Assembly: GCF_004010195.1 (NCBI RefSeq)
Contig: NC_057753.1
Coordinates: 3,503,514 to 3,567,513 of the forward strand
Length of the DNA: 64,000 nucleotides
Direction of reading: 5' to 3'
DNA from: Chiloscyllium plagiosum
Taxonomy: Eukaryota
Every line of letters starts with the position of its first letter. Position 1 is the first letter of the stretch. Both the position numbers and the translations under genes were made by a program. Positions 36,943 to 51,579 of this stretch are shown one piece after another. The notes below the pieces were generated by a model. The model made no database searches and was not told the DNA's origin. It worked only from the letters and a program-made list of their open reading frames with translations.

Positions 36943-39378
36943 TGATGTGTCTCATTCATCATCATTAAGTTCCCTAATGTGATATTTGCAATCTTGGTAG
37001 ACTCGAATCATGTCATTACTTCAGATACATATCCATTTATCTGATTTTCCCACATTACCAGTCAAGTAAAATCATAGAAGTAAAACAATTCTTTGGACTA
37101 CTATTCTTTGGCATCAAGTATTAGAACCGCAAGATGGGTGGAAAGGCTTCAGTCTGCACTGTTTACACTCTTGCAGGTCGCCGTTTTTATTTTCATTATA
37201 GTTCCTCAATTTTCCTTTCACTCTCAGGTTCTATGCAAACCACAGTTATCGTAATGATTATATTATTGTAAAACAGATACAAATGGATTAATTGTTCAGA
37301 TATCTGAAGGGGTCAGCGTGGAACCAGGGATGAAGTGAAAAGCATAGTTCTGTTTGTTTTTGCCGACAAATGTCAGAAATAATCTATCAGAAATGAAGGA
37401 CAGTGGGAATTATCATATTGAAATTCTTCCTCGCACTAAACACAGACAGAGACACATTTTCTGTGATGGTTTCTCTCACATGAGGACAGTGATTTAACAA
37501 ATAATCATGTTCATTCGCTTCACTGATTATTGAAAACTGGAACTTGAAGGGAAGCCATACTTATTCAGTCACGATGAAGTAGGAAATATATAACTTTCAC
37601 AAGTTTCTGAACCGTCTTCTTGCTGAGGGAATATTTTCAATTCCTTCGTCAATTCCTTAGTTGAAACGAAAATCAGAGCCAGCAGAACAAACATAACGTT
37701 CTGTTGAAGGAAGGATGAACTGGTCAGCATTTATAGCTGAACACCCACAACAACACTGCGCGCATTTGTGACGCAACATTAGTGCAAAGCACTAGTTCAT
37801 ACAAGCTTGGAGAAGTGGATCTTGGCACAATATTGGCTGATCACTGAGGGCAAGAACAGTTTGAAAAAACAAGTGAACAGACCAAGATTAATTGTTGTGC
37901 CTCATCTGTATGTGAAACTTCACATGTTAAATACAAAGAGTGAGATGCTATTTGTTGAAACGTACATGGATAGTTCTGTTCTAATTTTGCAGATGTAAAA
38001 TTTTATTCAAAACATTTCTCAGCTATAATGTGAGCGAAAATGTTGACTGCAAAAATTGAAACTGTTTAATGCAATAAACAAACAAAAAGTGATAATTGGG
38101 AGACAATGAAAAAGTGAACACGATAACCATGAGGAGAATGCAAATCAATGTGCAAGATACCGTCTGGTTAAAAAAATGGCAGATAACAATTTTGTGAGGA
38201 AGGATAGATAGTTGATAGACGAAAGTTATAGTCAGTGTGATGGGTTGAAGAGTATGCATTTTAACGCAACAAGTATCAGCTATAAGGCTGAAGAACTTAG
38301 AGCTTGGATTAGTATTTGGTGCTATGATATTGAGGCCATGACTAAGACTTGGATATCACAGGGGCAGAAAGGGTTGTTAGGTGTTTCAGGTATTAGGTGC
38401 TTCAAAACGAATAGTGAGGGACCTAAAAGAAATGGGTGAGTGGCATTGTTAATCAGGAATAGTACAACGGCTGCAGAAAGGGAGGTCATTGAGACGTGCT
38501 TGGCGACATGAGTTATTACAGGTGAAAGTCAGAAACAGGAAAGCGGCAGCCCACTTTATTGGGAGTTTTCTCAAAATCCCCAATAGCAAAAGAGACAGGA
38601 GGAGAAGATTGGGAGACAGATTTGGAAAGGTGCAGAAGTAAAAGGGTTGTTGTGATGGGTGACTACCACTTCAGTAACATTGATTGGAATCTCGTTAGTT
38701 CAATTATTTTGGATGGAGCAGCTTTTGTCAGATGTAACTAGGAAAATGTTCTGATTCAAGATAGTCCGACTAGACGGAAGGCCATATTGAATTTAGTGCT
38801 TGGCAACAAAACATGTCAGTTATCTCATCTCTCGTTTGGAAAGGATTTTGGTGATAATGATTACAACTCACCACTGGAATGCAGCAGCAGACAGGCTCAT
38901 GGCGCAGTGGCTGGCTCTGCTGTACAAAAGATCATGCAGAGAGTGGAAGGGCTACAGTCAGCGAGGATTGAATTGTAAGGGGAGTACATGGGCGGTTCTG
39001 TGATCGAAAACGAGACTCCCAAATTGTATATTTCCTCCAAGCAATGTTGGATCAGGGATATCTTAGATCGGCTGCCGAACATTCTGAAGGGCAAGGGTGT
39101 CCAGCTGTCGTGGCGCATATATGAACTAATGATATAGGTTTAGAAAAATAGGATGACGTCCTAAAAGCAGGATTTAGGGAGTTAAGAGCCAAGTTAACGA
39201 GTAGGATCTCAGAAGTAGTAATCTCAGGATTACTACCAGTGACACATGCAAGTCAGAGTAGAAGTGGAAGAATAGGCAGAATGAATGCATGGCTTGAGAG
39301 ATGATGTAGGATTCAAATTTTTGGGACATTGGGACTGGTTGTGGGCAAGATGGGACAATTACAAATTTTACAGTCTAC

Positions 39379-39673
39379 TGTCCAGGTGACATCCTCAGTG
39401 CTTGGGAGCCTCCTGTGAAGCGCTTCTGTGATCTTTCCTCCGTCATTTGTAGTGGTTTGAATCTGCCGCTTCCAGTTGTCAGTTCCAGCTGTCCGTTGCA
39501 GTGGTCGGTATATTGGGCCCAGATCGATGTGCTTATTGATTGAATCTGTGGATGAATGCCCAGCACTGAGGATGTCACCTAGACAGGGGACGAAACGTCT
39601 GCAACACAAATTCCCAGCTCGGCGAACAGAACCACAACGAGCACCCGAGCTACAAATCTTCTCACAAACTTTG
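39379..39673 (+). mobile_element. Penelope-like mini-insertion (second family): inverted endonuclease C-terminus plus forward pLTR, 9-bp TSD
   Basis: ACAGTCTAC at 39370-78 and 39674-82; minus strand HSSTDSINKHIDLGPIYRPL; gcactgaggatgtcacct present in both orientations. Confidence 0.82.
39563..39602 (+). ncRNA. Minimal type I hammerhead ribozyme motif
   Basis: GCA-CUGAGGA-U-GUCACCU(AGAC)AGGGGAC-GAAA-C-GUC-UGC: core boxes, stem II, 3-bp stem I, loopless palindromic stem III. Confidence 0.75.
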
Positions 39674-42109
39674 ACAGTCTACATTTGGGCCAGACTGGAA
39701 ACAATGTCCAAGAATGTGCTTTTTCTAAAGCTATTGGGGATAGCTTAAACTAATGTGGCGGTCGGCTGGGAACCAAATGAGGATGTTGGTGGACAATAAG
39801 AAATTAGTAATTAAAGTCTGTGAGGAACTACATAATGAAGTAGCATAACTATGGGGAAGAGTAGGCAGGGAGCAGATGATGAATGCGAAGCGACAGGTGG
39901 TGTTATTTGCATTTGTTTTAATGCAACAAATGTAGTAGATAAGACTGATAGAAATAGGGATTGGATTAATATCTGGGAGCATGATGTTATAGCTTTTACT
40001 GATCCTTGGTTGATGGTAGGGTACACCGCAGAAATAGGAAGGGTGTGGTAACGATTTTGCAGCTGTACGACAGGCCTCCCAATAATGAGTGTTAGATAGA
40101 GGTACAAATATGCAAATGATTATGGAAACATAGGACCAACAGGACAGTGGTAGAAGGATAATTTAATTTTCATAACATTGACTGTTATCATTAGTACCGG
40201 AGGTCTAAATGGAGAAGAATTTGAAAGGAGCATCCAGGAGCTTCATAGAAAAGTATGGAAATAGTCTAAGTCGGGAAGGGGCCATACTGGATCTGAAGTT
40301 GGAGAATGAGATCGACCAGGACACTGGGAATAGTGATCACAATTCTATAAGTTTCAGAATACTCATGGACAAAGATAAGAGTGGTCCAAAAGAAAGATTG
40401 TGACATTTGGGGACGGCCAGCTATAGCAAAATTCGGCAGCAGCCAGGGAAGGGATTGCGGATTGGGATCAGTTGTTTGAAGGTAAATGCACATTTGATAT
40501 GTGGGAGGATTTGACAGAGAGATTGAGTAGAGTGCAGGACAGACATTGCCCAGTAAAAATGAACGATAGAAATGGCAAGGTTCCAGAAACAAGAATGACA
40601 GGTCAAATTGTGAGACTAGCTAAGAGGAAAAAGGAAGCATACATAAGGTCTGGAGGACTGACAACAGATGAAGCTTTGGAAAAATATCAGGAAAGTAAGA
40701 CCAACCTTGAACGAGGAAATAAGAGGGCTAAAAGGGGTCATTAAATATCGTTAGCAAACAAAGTTAAGGAAAAGCTCAAATCCTTTTATTCATATATAAG
40801 GACCAAGAGAGTAACTTGAGAAAGTGTTGGCCTACTCAAGGGCAAAGGAGGAAACTAATTCGTGGAATCAGAGAAAACGGCCCAGAGTCTGAATGACTGC
40901 TTTGCGTTGGTATTCATGGAGGACAGGGTGATGACGCATGTTGAGGATAGGGATAGATATTTGATTACTGTTGGCAAAGTCGACATAAGGAGGGAGGACG
41001 TGTTGGCTATTCTAAAAGGCATTAAGGTGGACAAGTACCCTAGTCCGGATAGGATGTATCCTAGGTTACTGAGCGAAGTGATGGAGGAAATAGCTATGGT
41101 CTTAACAGATAACTTTGCAGTGGCCTTGAACACTGGTGAAGTCTCGGACGATTGGTGAATTGCTAATATTGTCCCCTTGTTATAAGAAGTGTAGCACGGA
41201 TAATCCAGCTAACTACAGACTGGTAAGACTGACGCCAGTGGTAGGGAAGTGCTGGAGAAGATACTGAGGGATAGGATCTATTTACATTTGGAAGAAAATG
41301 CACTTCTCAGTAATAGGCAACATGTCATTTTTCGCAGGGAAGATCATGTTTTACCACCTTAATAGAATTCTTTGAAGAAGTGGCAAAGTTGATGGATGAG
41401 GGAAGTGTTGTGATGTCATATACATGAACTTCAATAAGGCATTTATTTAGGTTTCCCATGGTAGGCTGATGGAGAAAGTGAAGTCACAACGGGTCCTGGG
41501 TGTACTAGCTTGATGGATAAAGAACTATCTGGGTTGCAGAAGACCGAGAGTAGTAGTGTAGGGGAGTTTCTCAAAATGGGGAACTGTGACTAGGGTGTTC
41601 CACAAGATCTGTGCTGGACCATTGTTGTTTGTGAGAAACATAAATGATTTGCAGGAAGGCATAGGTGATCTGATCAGCAAGTTTGCAGATGACAGTAAGA
41701 TTGGTAGAGTAGCAGATAGCGAAAGAGACTGTCATTGAATGCAGCAGAACATAAACAGATTGGAGAGTTGGACAGAGAAATGACAGATGGAAGTTCAATT
41801 CTGGATAATGCGAGATGAGGCATTTTGGAAGATCCAATTAAGGAGCAAACTATATGTTAGATTGGAAAGCCCTGGGGAAAGTTGATCTACAGATAGATCC
41901 GGGTGTTCAGGTCCATTGTATCCTGAAGACGGCAACGCAGGTCGACAGAGTTGTCAAGAAGGCATACGGCATCTATCCTTCATCAGTCGAAGTTTTGAGT
42001 TCAGATAGAAGATCTGGATCGGTGCTGATTTGGATTTCCAAAGAGCTGTTTCTTTGTTGTAATTTTATTTATTCATTGTTCTTTGTTCTTGTTCTAAGTC
42101 CACTATCAT

Positions 42110-43412
42110 CCCAGTGCAAAAGAAAAACCAAGAAGTGTGAAATAATGACCTCGACCCGATGGCTCTGAAATCCATTTATCCAAATCTAATTATGAAGTGC
42201 TTTGAGTGTTTGGCGATGTCTCACATCAACTCCAGCCTCCAAGATTGACTTGATTTCATGCAATTCGCCTACTACGGTGAAAGGTCAATGACATATGTCA
42301 TCGCCCACTCCCAACACCCATTGTTAGATCATCTACATTGCAAGGATACCTAAATCAGGCTCCTACTTATTGACTACAGGTCTGTCTTCAGTACCATGAT
42401 TCCAAGCAAACTCATCTGCAAACTGTTGAAGCTGCGTGTCTGTTCACCACGGTACACCTGGACATAAGACCTCCTGACGAAAGACTGCAATCAGAAAGGA
42501 TAGGCAACAACATTTCCTTCTCGGTCATGCTCAGCATCAGTGCCTCTCAGACTGCATACTCAGCCGCTTATACTCTTTGTGCACACAGGCTTATGTGGCC
42601 TAGTTCTGTAACAACTACAGATACAACTTTGCTGATGACTTTAGGTCGGATCTCAAACAGCAACGGGACGACGTAAAGACAGAATGCTTAACAGCATGGT
42701 AGAAAAACAGCAATCTGTCCATCAACATCAGCAAAATAAAGGAGCTGGTCGTTGACTTCAGGAAGCCAAATGGATAGCACTCGCCTGTTTGCATCAGTGA
42801 TGGAGATAGTCGAGAGCATTAAGTCCTGGGAGTGGTGATCAACAACAATCTGACCTATTCCACCTATATTGACTGTACTGTCAAGAAAGCACAACAACCC
42901 TCAGGAGCGTAAGAAAATTTGGAATGCACATTTATAGATGGATGATAGAAAGCATCCTGGTTGGATGCATTAGAGCGCACTATGGCACCTGGTCTTATCA
43001 AGACCCATAAAAAATACATATAGTTGCGAACACATCCCAGTCTACCAAGTAAACTGACCTCCCATCCAATGACTTGCGGCTGCCTCAAGAAAACAGACAA
43101 CACAATCAAAGACACCTCCCACCAGGGATATGCTCCTTTCCACATTCTTCCATCGGTACAAGATGTAAACGTTTGTATACACGCACGAAGTAGTCCAAGA
43201 ACAGCTCCTTCATGCTGTTGCCAGGTTTTTCAATAGGCCACTTTAATGTTCATGTTGATCATTCTCTGCACCTTCTCTGCAGCTGCATTGCATGCCGCAC
43301 TCTTTTCAGTTATCCTGATGCACTCGTATTGTGTGATCTGGCAGTAAAATATGGAAAACAACACTTTTTACTGTACATGCGTACCCACGACAATGTTTAA
43401 TCAACTCAAGTT
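42110..43412 (+). mobile_element. Rex-Babar-type LINE RT and 3' end, decayed
   Basis: IMKCFE, DFMQFAY, YNFADD, KIKELVVDFRK, IESILVGCIRA.YG. Confidence 0.8.
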
Positions 43413-43419
43413 AAGTTCT

Positions 43420-44030
43420 TCTGTGTTCCATCTGTGACATTTCCCATTTTGATAAAATTCAGCTTTTGTAATCTTTCTGGCAAAGTGTGGAGTCCCATGT
43501 TTTTTTTTCAAATAACATTCCATTTGCCAAGTCAGTAATTCTTAGCAATTCTTTTTTGTGTCATCTTTGCTATTTGTCTTCTCATCTAGTTTTGTGTTAT
43601 CCATGAACTTGGTGATGGTACGTTCCCTTCCGAGATTAAGGGTTTGTTATAAATCATTGTGGCTCCAGCGCTCAGCCATGTGGCATTCAACTCGCTACAG
43701 GTTGAGATCCTGAAAAATCCCGTTTATCCTAACTTTATGAGTTGACCAGTTATCTAGCCACGCTAACACACTACCTCTTATACCATGGACTCTTAAGTTA
43801 TTAAGTAGCCTTATTGTGATACCTTAGAAAACTCCCATTTAAACTACTAATATATAGCATATACATGTTTTCTTTTAATCCGCGTGTTCCCACCTCAAAT
43901 AACTATAATAAAATTGTCTATTATGATTCTCTTTCATGATGCCACACTGACTCTACTTTATTTTGTTCTGTAAGCCTCTCCTATTATATACTTTGTAAAT
44001 GATTCCAAAATTTTCCCAATGACAGGCAGT
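43420..44030 (-). mobile_element. Very decayed CR1-type RT fragment
   Basis: Remnants such as tttgtgttatccatgaacttgg and ggctccagcgctcagccatgtggcattc. Confidence 0.45.
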
Positions 44031-45399
44031 CACTGACTCCATTTGTAACTCAACCAAATGAAAGTTAACCTTGACTGTTTCAACACGTCGTCGCAATCAA
44101 AACCTGTGATAATGTATATAATTACAGAGGGCAATGTGGTAGGAGCATTAGCATTGTATAACCAATATAAAGTCACAGTTAAATTTTTGAGAATCCCAAG
44201 ACAGAAGTAAGTAAATTATGTCTCCAATTGTATTTTGAAAGTGATAAATGAGCTTAATGGTTACCGGGTGCACCCCCTCGCCCCAAATCCAACTGAATTT
44301 CCTTCCAGATATATTGCTGTAGTACTCAAGTACTTATTAGCGAACAGAACTAGAGTTTGCCCAGTCTATCACTTAACAGTCACCGGAATGCCGGTGACAA
44401 TGAGTTGCACTGTGAAGGCATTCTCTTGTATCGACAGTCAGTGCAAATTGAAAGATATGAATGCAGCCGAATGGCCTGCCTGATGGGAAAGTCATGAAGT
44501 GTAAGTAGCTCCATATTGCAGGTTTATAAAGGTGTCGCCACTTCCACATCAGTGCCTCATTCTTAAGATAACAGTATTGCAGAACTCCTTTGGGCTCGAC
44601 CTCAGTATGATATGAGTGTGCCAATATTTAAATTTAGGATTTCTTTTTGTACTGTAATCACACTACACACTCCACGTGGACTATCTTCAACCTTTTTAAA
44701 TGCAGGAATTGCTTGAGGTATTACATCAACCCGTATTGATGGACTTTCTTCAACCAATTCCCTGGTCACCTATTCAAAGAGGAACAATAACAGGAAACTA
44801 CTCCTGCAATTTTTCTTTTTCTTGCAACTCCTTTTGTCATTCTGTAATGATTGGTGAAAGCAGTTGTAGATTTTAAAAATGATATCTTCAAACTAGACCA
44901 TTAAGGGTTAATTGTTAATGAGTAATGGATGTGACAATGAGCAATTGAAGAAAAGTTGGAAATTATTGTTTAGCGCAAGATAGTTGCTTCAACTGTTGGG
45001 AAACCACGTGACACGGACGCCTGAAATTTTTTTTTTGCGCATTCGAACGTCTGGGAATGTACTGAAAGCACCCAGAACTGTATTAATATTAGGGACTCAG
45101 AAGCAGTTGTGGGATTCCATCAAAACTGAAATTGTGACTGATACCTGGAAAGCTGTGTGCTACAGGACTGCCATGTCTAAGCATATCTAAAGTAGTTTAA
45201 GCTAAGAGGTTGGCTCATAACTTTACATACGTTTCTAATATATCTAACGATCCTGTTTTTATTATGCAGTCACAGTTTTTTATTTATATTTACTCTATTA
45301 TATATACGGACTGCTCAATATAACGTACTGTTCCATGTATTAATTTGACGCTAAATATAATCACCAGTTAACATATGTAGAGACACAAGTAAATTTGTG

Positions 45400-48350
45400 A
45401 ATTAGAATCATTTAACTCGTAAAGTATTTCGTTATATCCCACCAAATTCGCTATCAATCCATTTTGGCGTAGTCAGCAGGATTTAGTGTGATGCTCAAAA
45501 TATTCAAGAAGAAAGACCAACCCAAGAAGATGATCGATATCCCAGGTTGGAATGTTAATGGTGAGGTATTTGAATCATTAGCAAATTTCTTTGCCCAGTA
45601 GGGGCGCTTCCCCAGTTATGTGAATTCCTCTTAAAGGAATATGGCATTCATGTTCTCAGAATATGAGTGGCTTGAGTGGAAAGAAATGTTGACAGGCTGG
45701 GCACCGAAATGGTAGCCCGTCCCTTAATAACTAATATGACAAAACAACAGGGAAATACTCCTGTACTGTATTTTCACTCAGCACAAAACTCTTCAATAGC
45801 AGATTGACATGACATGGGTAATACCAGGAGCCCAGGCAATCGTTAGCATCATTTCAGACAGAGATAGATCAATTATTGATTGCCAGGGAGATGAAAGATT
45901 ACAGAGAGAAAGTGGGAGAATGGTTTTGAGAAAACCTTCAGCCATGGTTGAACCGTGGCACAAAGTAGATAGGAAAAACGGTATTATATCTGCTCGTATA
46001 TCTTATGGTCTTATGGTCTAATATGGGTAACACAATTGTGGGATCATGGAGCCGCTAATATTCAGAAAATTCTAGTGGAAATCGTAAACAGGGGCATTTA
46101 ACAATGTAATGCAGAACACTCAGGGTACTGCAACTTTGTCGCAATACATTCAGAGAGTGATTAGACATAAATATCATCTAAGGATTCCGAAACAGACTTA
46201 TTTCCGGGAGAACAACACAGAATGGTATAACAAGAGTGCAGAAATGGATGCACAAATTCGGATATGTATTCACTATTTTCAGACGCCAGGTCAGAAAGTA
46301 TTGACAATAGATATCACAAGTGGACGAATGAACTATGGACTTTCGCTCTTGAGAAGTGCTTTGTTAGCTTTATTGGGACCAATTCCTGGTCGTCTGGTGG
46401 AAGAGATAACTATTACTTGGATGACATGGAAGCGGGGAAGGCAAAAGTGAATGTGACACAGATGGAATATCTGGGATGAACGCTGTCTGACGCTGTCAGA
46501 CCAAACTGACACAATGGATAAATGCATGAGACATTTGCTGCACTTATAAGTGCTGGTGTTGAAAGGATAGAGACTGCTGCAATGTGAACGAAAGCCTGTG
46601 CGTACCCCGTGAAAGCGGTATTCTTCCACTAAGGAAACGGTGCCCAATGAAAATCACAGGTCAGAGAAGTACAATCAAATAAACATACAAAAATGATTTT
46701 AAAAATAAAAAAACTGTTCGTGAAGTTATACTGAAATATCTTATATCGGAGGAGGTAGAACATGTATGGTGAGTGAGTGATCCCAATGACTTATGATGGG
46801 TTTGGGACACTGACATCTCCATGAGGAACGTGACAAGTGGGGGTCATGGAGACATGAAGCCACACATTCTGGTAACATTATACTGGAGGGGCAGTAATAG
46901 GCATACAGACACGGCATTATTGATTGTTAGTGTTGAAATGGAGGATTCGATTGTCTTTTCTAATATATTAAAAATCAAAACACGCCGGACTGAAATAAGT
47001 TAACAGAACAGCTGGGACTGGTATCTTGCAAGACAAGGCAAGTAACATATAGAATATAGCTCACTTCATTTCCCCCCACGATTTTATCTCTATGTTTTGA
47101 GACACAGCCTCTATGCAATGTCACCCAGTCATCGGAATAAGTGGGGAAAAGAGCAGGTCGCCTAGTCACTCTTAGGGAAGAGACGAAGCAGTAAAGTTAA
47201 CGAAGATTTGTGAAAATTGGAAAGTATTCACAGATAGATCCCCTGCCAGTTACAATGAATGCGTCCCCTGTATTCGACTGAAATCAATACCTAAACAAAG
47301 GGTTGTCCAAAAACGTCATAGGTTCAAGCGGTTGAAAATTTTTTGAAAAGTTATTTTTGAAAAAAATCGCTGCTGAAGAAAGTATTATGAAAAGAAAGGT
47401 TTGGCTTGTTCTCAAAAGCTAGATAAACCTTTTTGTAAGATATCTAATTCGAACTCGGAATTTGGATTGAGAAATGTTTTGTCTGCATATCTTTTAGAAA
47501 ACCTTTAGAAAACCAACTATGTCCGAGCTATCATCTGTTCTGAGGAAGGGTCACTGGTCAGAAAAAATAAAGTAACTCTGATTTCTCTCCACAGGTGCCA
47601 GAACTGTAATGTTTTTCCAGCAATGTCTGTTTTCATTTCTGATTTTCATCATCTGCATTTTTTGGTGGTTTTTCTTTGGTCTGAGTAATGTTTAATGAGT
47701 GTTCCTTGAATTACATTTTGAAGGTGATTTTAGAAGAATGATCTAAAATATGTTTACGAGAATTGTAACTTAAAATGCCAGGTTGAGACTACTAAAAGAT
47801 GTTCTGACTACTTAGAAAAAAATCATTGCACGTATTTATGAAATAACATCACCTGGTGACTTGGGCTTTTACCGTTCTGAGTTCAGTAGAGATAACGCTT
47901 CATGCTGGCAGTTCTAAATATTCCCTAACACCTTCTGTGTTCTGTGGTGATTATTAAACCTTTTGAGTTTCTTGCTGATCCACACTGGATTTTGCTTAGT
48001 TGTTCTTTTTGTACAGGTTTTCAAGAAACAGCTGGAGAGTTGGATATCCTTTGAAGCCAAACGTTTTGAAAACGGGGAATCTAGGAACTGATTAATTTCA
48101 TTAGAATCTATAATATAAAAGTATGTTTTAAAATCACCAAGCTTGGATGTAATTGTTTCTCAAATTGGGATTGACAGAAGTACTTGATACAAGTCGTTAC
48201 TTCAAGCTTGCAATTAGAAAATTCAGTCGAATTTTAAAGGACAAAAAAATTAATTATTTCAAGTTTAATTTGAAAGAGCCAGTGGAAATATTCTAGGTGT
48301 TTTTAGTTTGTACCAGGGAAGATAGAAAAATGGAGTAAATTGTTGTGAAG
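45400..48350 (+). mobile_element. Possible very decayed Gypsy internal region associated with the LTR-like element at 49254
   Basis: Only faint gag, protease and RNase H-like remnants by eye; no clean frame. Confidence 0.3.
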
Positions 48351-48382
48351 AATTAGGTGTTTACTAATCAAACCTGTCAGCC

Positions 48383-48910
48383 CTATGTCATCTTCATCAG
48401 CGGTCCCTTGCAGACAAGGCTGACTGTCTTCCAGTCTCAGGGTGATTTAGGAGGTTTCCGTCCAGACCAATGCAGCTACCGCAGTATCTGTTACACTTGT
48501 GGCAGGTTACAGTCATGGGAAGGCATGGGGTTGTAGGGTGGCAGGGTCATCCTTTCGCTGTTTTCACCTCTCTTCCATTTTCTCCTATTGGCAAGTCGCG
48601 AGGTGCTCAACACCTTCCTGGATGCTCATCCTTCAAGTTGGACAGTGTTGGGCCAATGAATCCGAGGTGTGTGTGTGGGAATGCCTCACTTTGCCAGTGA
48701 ACATTTGATGGTATCGCTGGAGCCCTTCCTCTTTCCACCAGGGGTTCACCTGCCACTGAGAATCTGGGAGTAGATTAAATAGGAGTCTCATGTTGATCCT
48801 GCGGATGGTGTGCCCAGCCTATCGTAGCCAATTAAGGGTGGTCAACATCTCAGTGCCAGTGTGTTGGCCTGTTTGAGAACGCTGGTATTGGCATAACACT
48901 GCAGAGGCTG
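48383..48910 (-). mobile_element. RTE-clade LINE 3' fragment
   Basis: Minus strand NTSVLKQAN followed by an R.AGH..RI-like remnant; (gat)n-like tail at about 48388-48398. Confidence 0.55.
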
Positions 48911-49253
48911 TACACAAAGGAAACATGACTAAATTGTGGTCAATTTCAAACCTGGGAATAATTTTGAAAAAAGGTTTATCTAGCAAATTACAGTTGAGAT
49001 TTTTCTTGTCAGAAAGCCCAACAGGCGAAAATTGGTAATACTTGAAACCACACAGTCATCTTATTTTGTCTCTTTTAAAATTATAGTGAAAACATTATCT
49101 TTTGTCATTTTCGCTGACCAATAGGTTTTTGGCAGAATTCGTCAATCAGATGTAATCGTAAAATGGGAGTGACGTTTGGATAATTGTTATAAAACATTAC
49201 ACGCTTTTTGTATATTTACTGCCTATTTACCTATTGCTTTACATATACATATT

Positions 49254-49904
49254 TGTGATGATGCTGTCACTTTAAAATGGTTATTTTGTCCTAGGTTTGC
49301 TTGAGGAGAGGTCGTAAAGTTAGAGGTGCTGAAGTGGCGAGGGGGCAGATTGAATAAAAGTTAACTTTTGAAAATAAAGTTTAACAATTGCAGGAGAGTA
49401 GCCAGTTCTCCGAGTTCAGGTTCTAGTTTTCTATAGCTGTAGCAGTTACAAGATGTCAGAATCCAAAAGGTTTGCGAGCTTCAGTTAATAATTCCGATCG
49501 TATTTGCTCTGAAATCTTTATGGATGTTGTTCCCTCATGCCTGTAAGAATCCGTATAAGAATTTACCTTTTTACCAAGGAGCATGTCTATGGGGGATTAC
49601 CATATTGGAACAGTTAATTAGTCAAGTTGCTGTGTTGGGTCGGCTAAGTTTTTTTTATTGTGCTTTTCTAGCACCACCATAATCTAAGTTTTCAAATAGT
49701 TAACTCATTTTAAATTTCGCTGTCTTTTGTTCATGTTTCAGCTATATTGTTTAATTAAATTCTGTTTTGTTTAAAGCCGAGTGGTTTGACCAGTTGCATC
49801 ACACCTGAACCACCCACCTCACATCTACCTTTGAAATATGCAAAAGTAATGGTCTAGGCTACCTTGTTAAAATATTTTAATGGTGTCTGGCCTGGTCTAT
49901 AACA
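49254..49904. mobile_element. LTR-like element, same family as 4307 and 19281
   Basis: tgtgatga…gtctggcctggtctataaca; shared block gagtggtttgaccagttgcatc. Confidence 0.7.
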
Positions 49905-50929
49905 TATCTATTGCTAAATATATACTTACTCTTCAACATAGTAATGTACGAATTAATATATTCATCACTGCTTAATATATGTCCAGCAATAAACTTGTTA
50001 ATTAGAATCGCTAATTCGTAGAGTATTTTGCTACATCCCACTGAATCCACTATTATTATCATTACAGGAAATCATTACAGGGAAGCCCCGACCTATTTTC
50101 CTGCCAAACTATTACCCAAAGGTAAGTGAAATCCCTCAAAAGGTAATGTAAACTCTCCTCCAACAATCACTTCTGATAACCATTCACATTTTGGTTGTCC
50201 TTTGTACAATGGAGATGGAGTATGTTCTACACCAGTACCATTCTTTCGTAAATTTAAGCAGTGAACTGTGTATGTTGGAAACAAAATCATAATTTAATGG
50301 AAAAAGTCAGCAGGTCTGGCAGCATTTGTGGAGAGAAAGACGTATTACATTGCGATTGATAAAAACGTAATGCGTTAATACCGACGGCCATGTCAATTGT
50401 ATTTTGCATCTGCACTGACCAGTCACTTAAGCTCTACCAACAACATCTGTGCAGATTTAAAGCCAAATTGTCAGGGTCCAGGTGTTACAGCGATATGTTA
50501 GAAATCGGTTTGGGCATCTCTGTACTAATTAGCACAGGGGTTAGGGTAAGTGTGAGGATAAGGGCGAGTGTCTTCGATTTATGGATGTTGAGGTTTTTCA
50601 CAATTTCAAGATGAATTGTTCCTGAACATGTCGACAGTTTTCACTGCCGAGTGCTTCAATTGGAACAAGTTTTAAACATTCACAACTGTTCTTTCAAATG
50701 AACTTTCTGTGTTGAATCCTTCTGAAAGTGTTCCATTTTCTTACAACCCAACCCAGAGAAATCCACTTTCTTCCTTCGTGTTCATTTGCTTTGACGTCAA
50801 AACGGTGGACGAGTTCAGCGAGATGCTTCATTGACATGTACCCAATCGCATGAAATTCTGTAGTTCAGGAACTTTTTCCTCATTTAATCAATAATAAAGG
50901 GATCTTATTTCCTTAAGAATGAGGGATGA

Positions 50930-51575
50930 TAGATTTTTACAGTTTTGCTGCTGAGAAAAAGTCCCTCAGGTCAAACCAGTCCATGCCAACCATAATTCCA
51001 GTCCACGTACCTGCGCTTGCTTTATATGCGCCCAGATCTTCGTTATTCATATACTTATTGAGGTGTCTTTATAAAATGTTGTCACTGTACTCGCATCAAA
51101 CACTTCCCCTGGAAGTTCATTTATTCATGAACAGGAGAATTTTCCACTCTGCTTTCTTTTTAAGTTTTTCTCCTCTCACGTTACAAATATGCCCCATAGT
51201 CTTGAGATGTCACCCCCCAAGAGAAAAGACACTGTCTTTCAACTTATCTAACCAGTCATGATTTTATAACGTCAGCTCTCAGCCTCATATGCTCAAGTGA
51301 AAAAAAGTCCCTGCCTCTCCCTATAACTCAAACCCTCCATTCCTACCAACATTCAAGTAAATCTTTTCTGAACGCAATCTAACATAATGACTTCCTATAA
51401 CAGTCGATCAAAGCTGGATACAATACTGCAGAAGAAGCTTTAACAACGTCTGTACAACCTCAACATGGCATACCAACTCCTACACTGAAAGGTCTGAGCA
51501 ATGAAGGCAAGCGTACCGAACAGCTTCTTAATCAGCCTATCTACATGTGATGCAAACTTCAACGAATTAAGTACC
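50930..51575 (-). mobile_element. CR1 3' fragment
   Basis: NSLKFASHVDRLIKKLFGTLAFI…MLRLYR. Confidence 0.8.
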
Positions 51576-51579
51576 CAGG

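Larger units (their letters stand above)
38200..42000 (+). mobile_element. Composite decayed CR1: endonuclease fragment (38200-38870), then ORF1 SGNH-esterase remnant and ORF2
   Basis: VVVMGDYHFSNIDW; VVISGLLPV; GNSDHNSISF; KVDKYPSPDRMYPRLL; SKFADDSKIG. Confidence 0.85.

Noticed and set aside
47535..47680. Older hammerhead/pLTR-like relics (also near 21530-21760, 30900-31090, 50280-50350)
   Set aside because: Core boxes or stems are disrupted; cannot be called ribozymes
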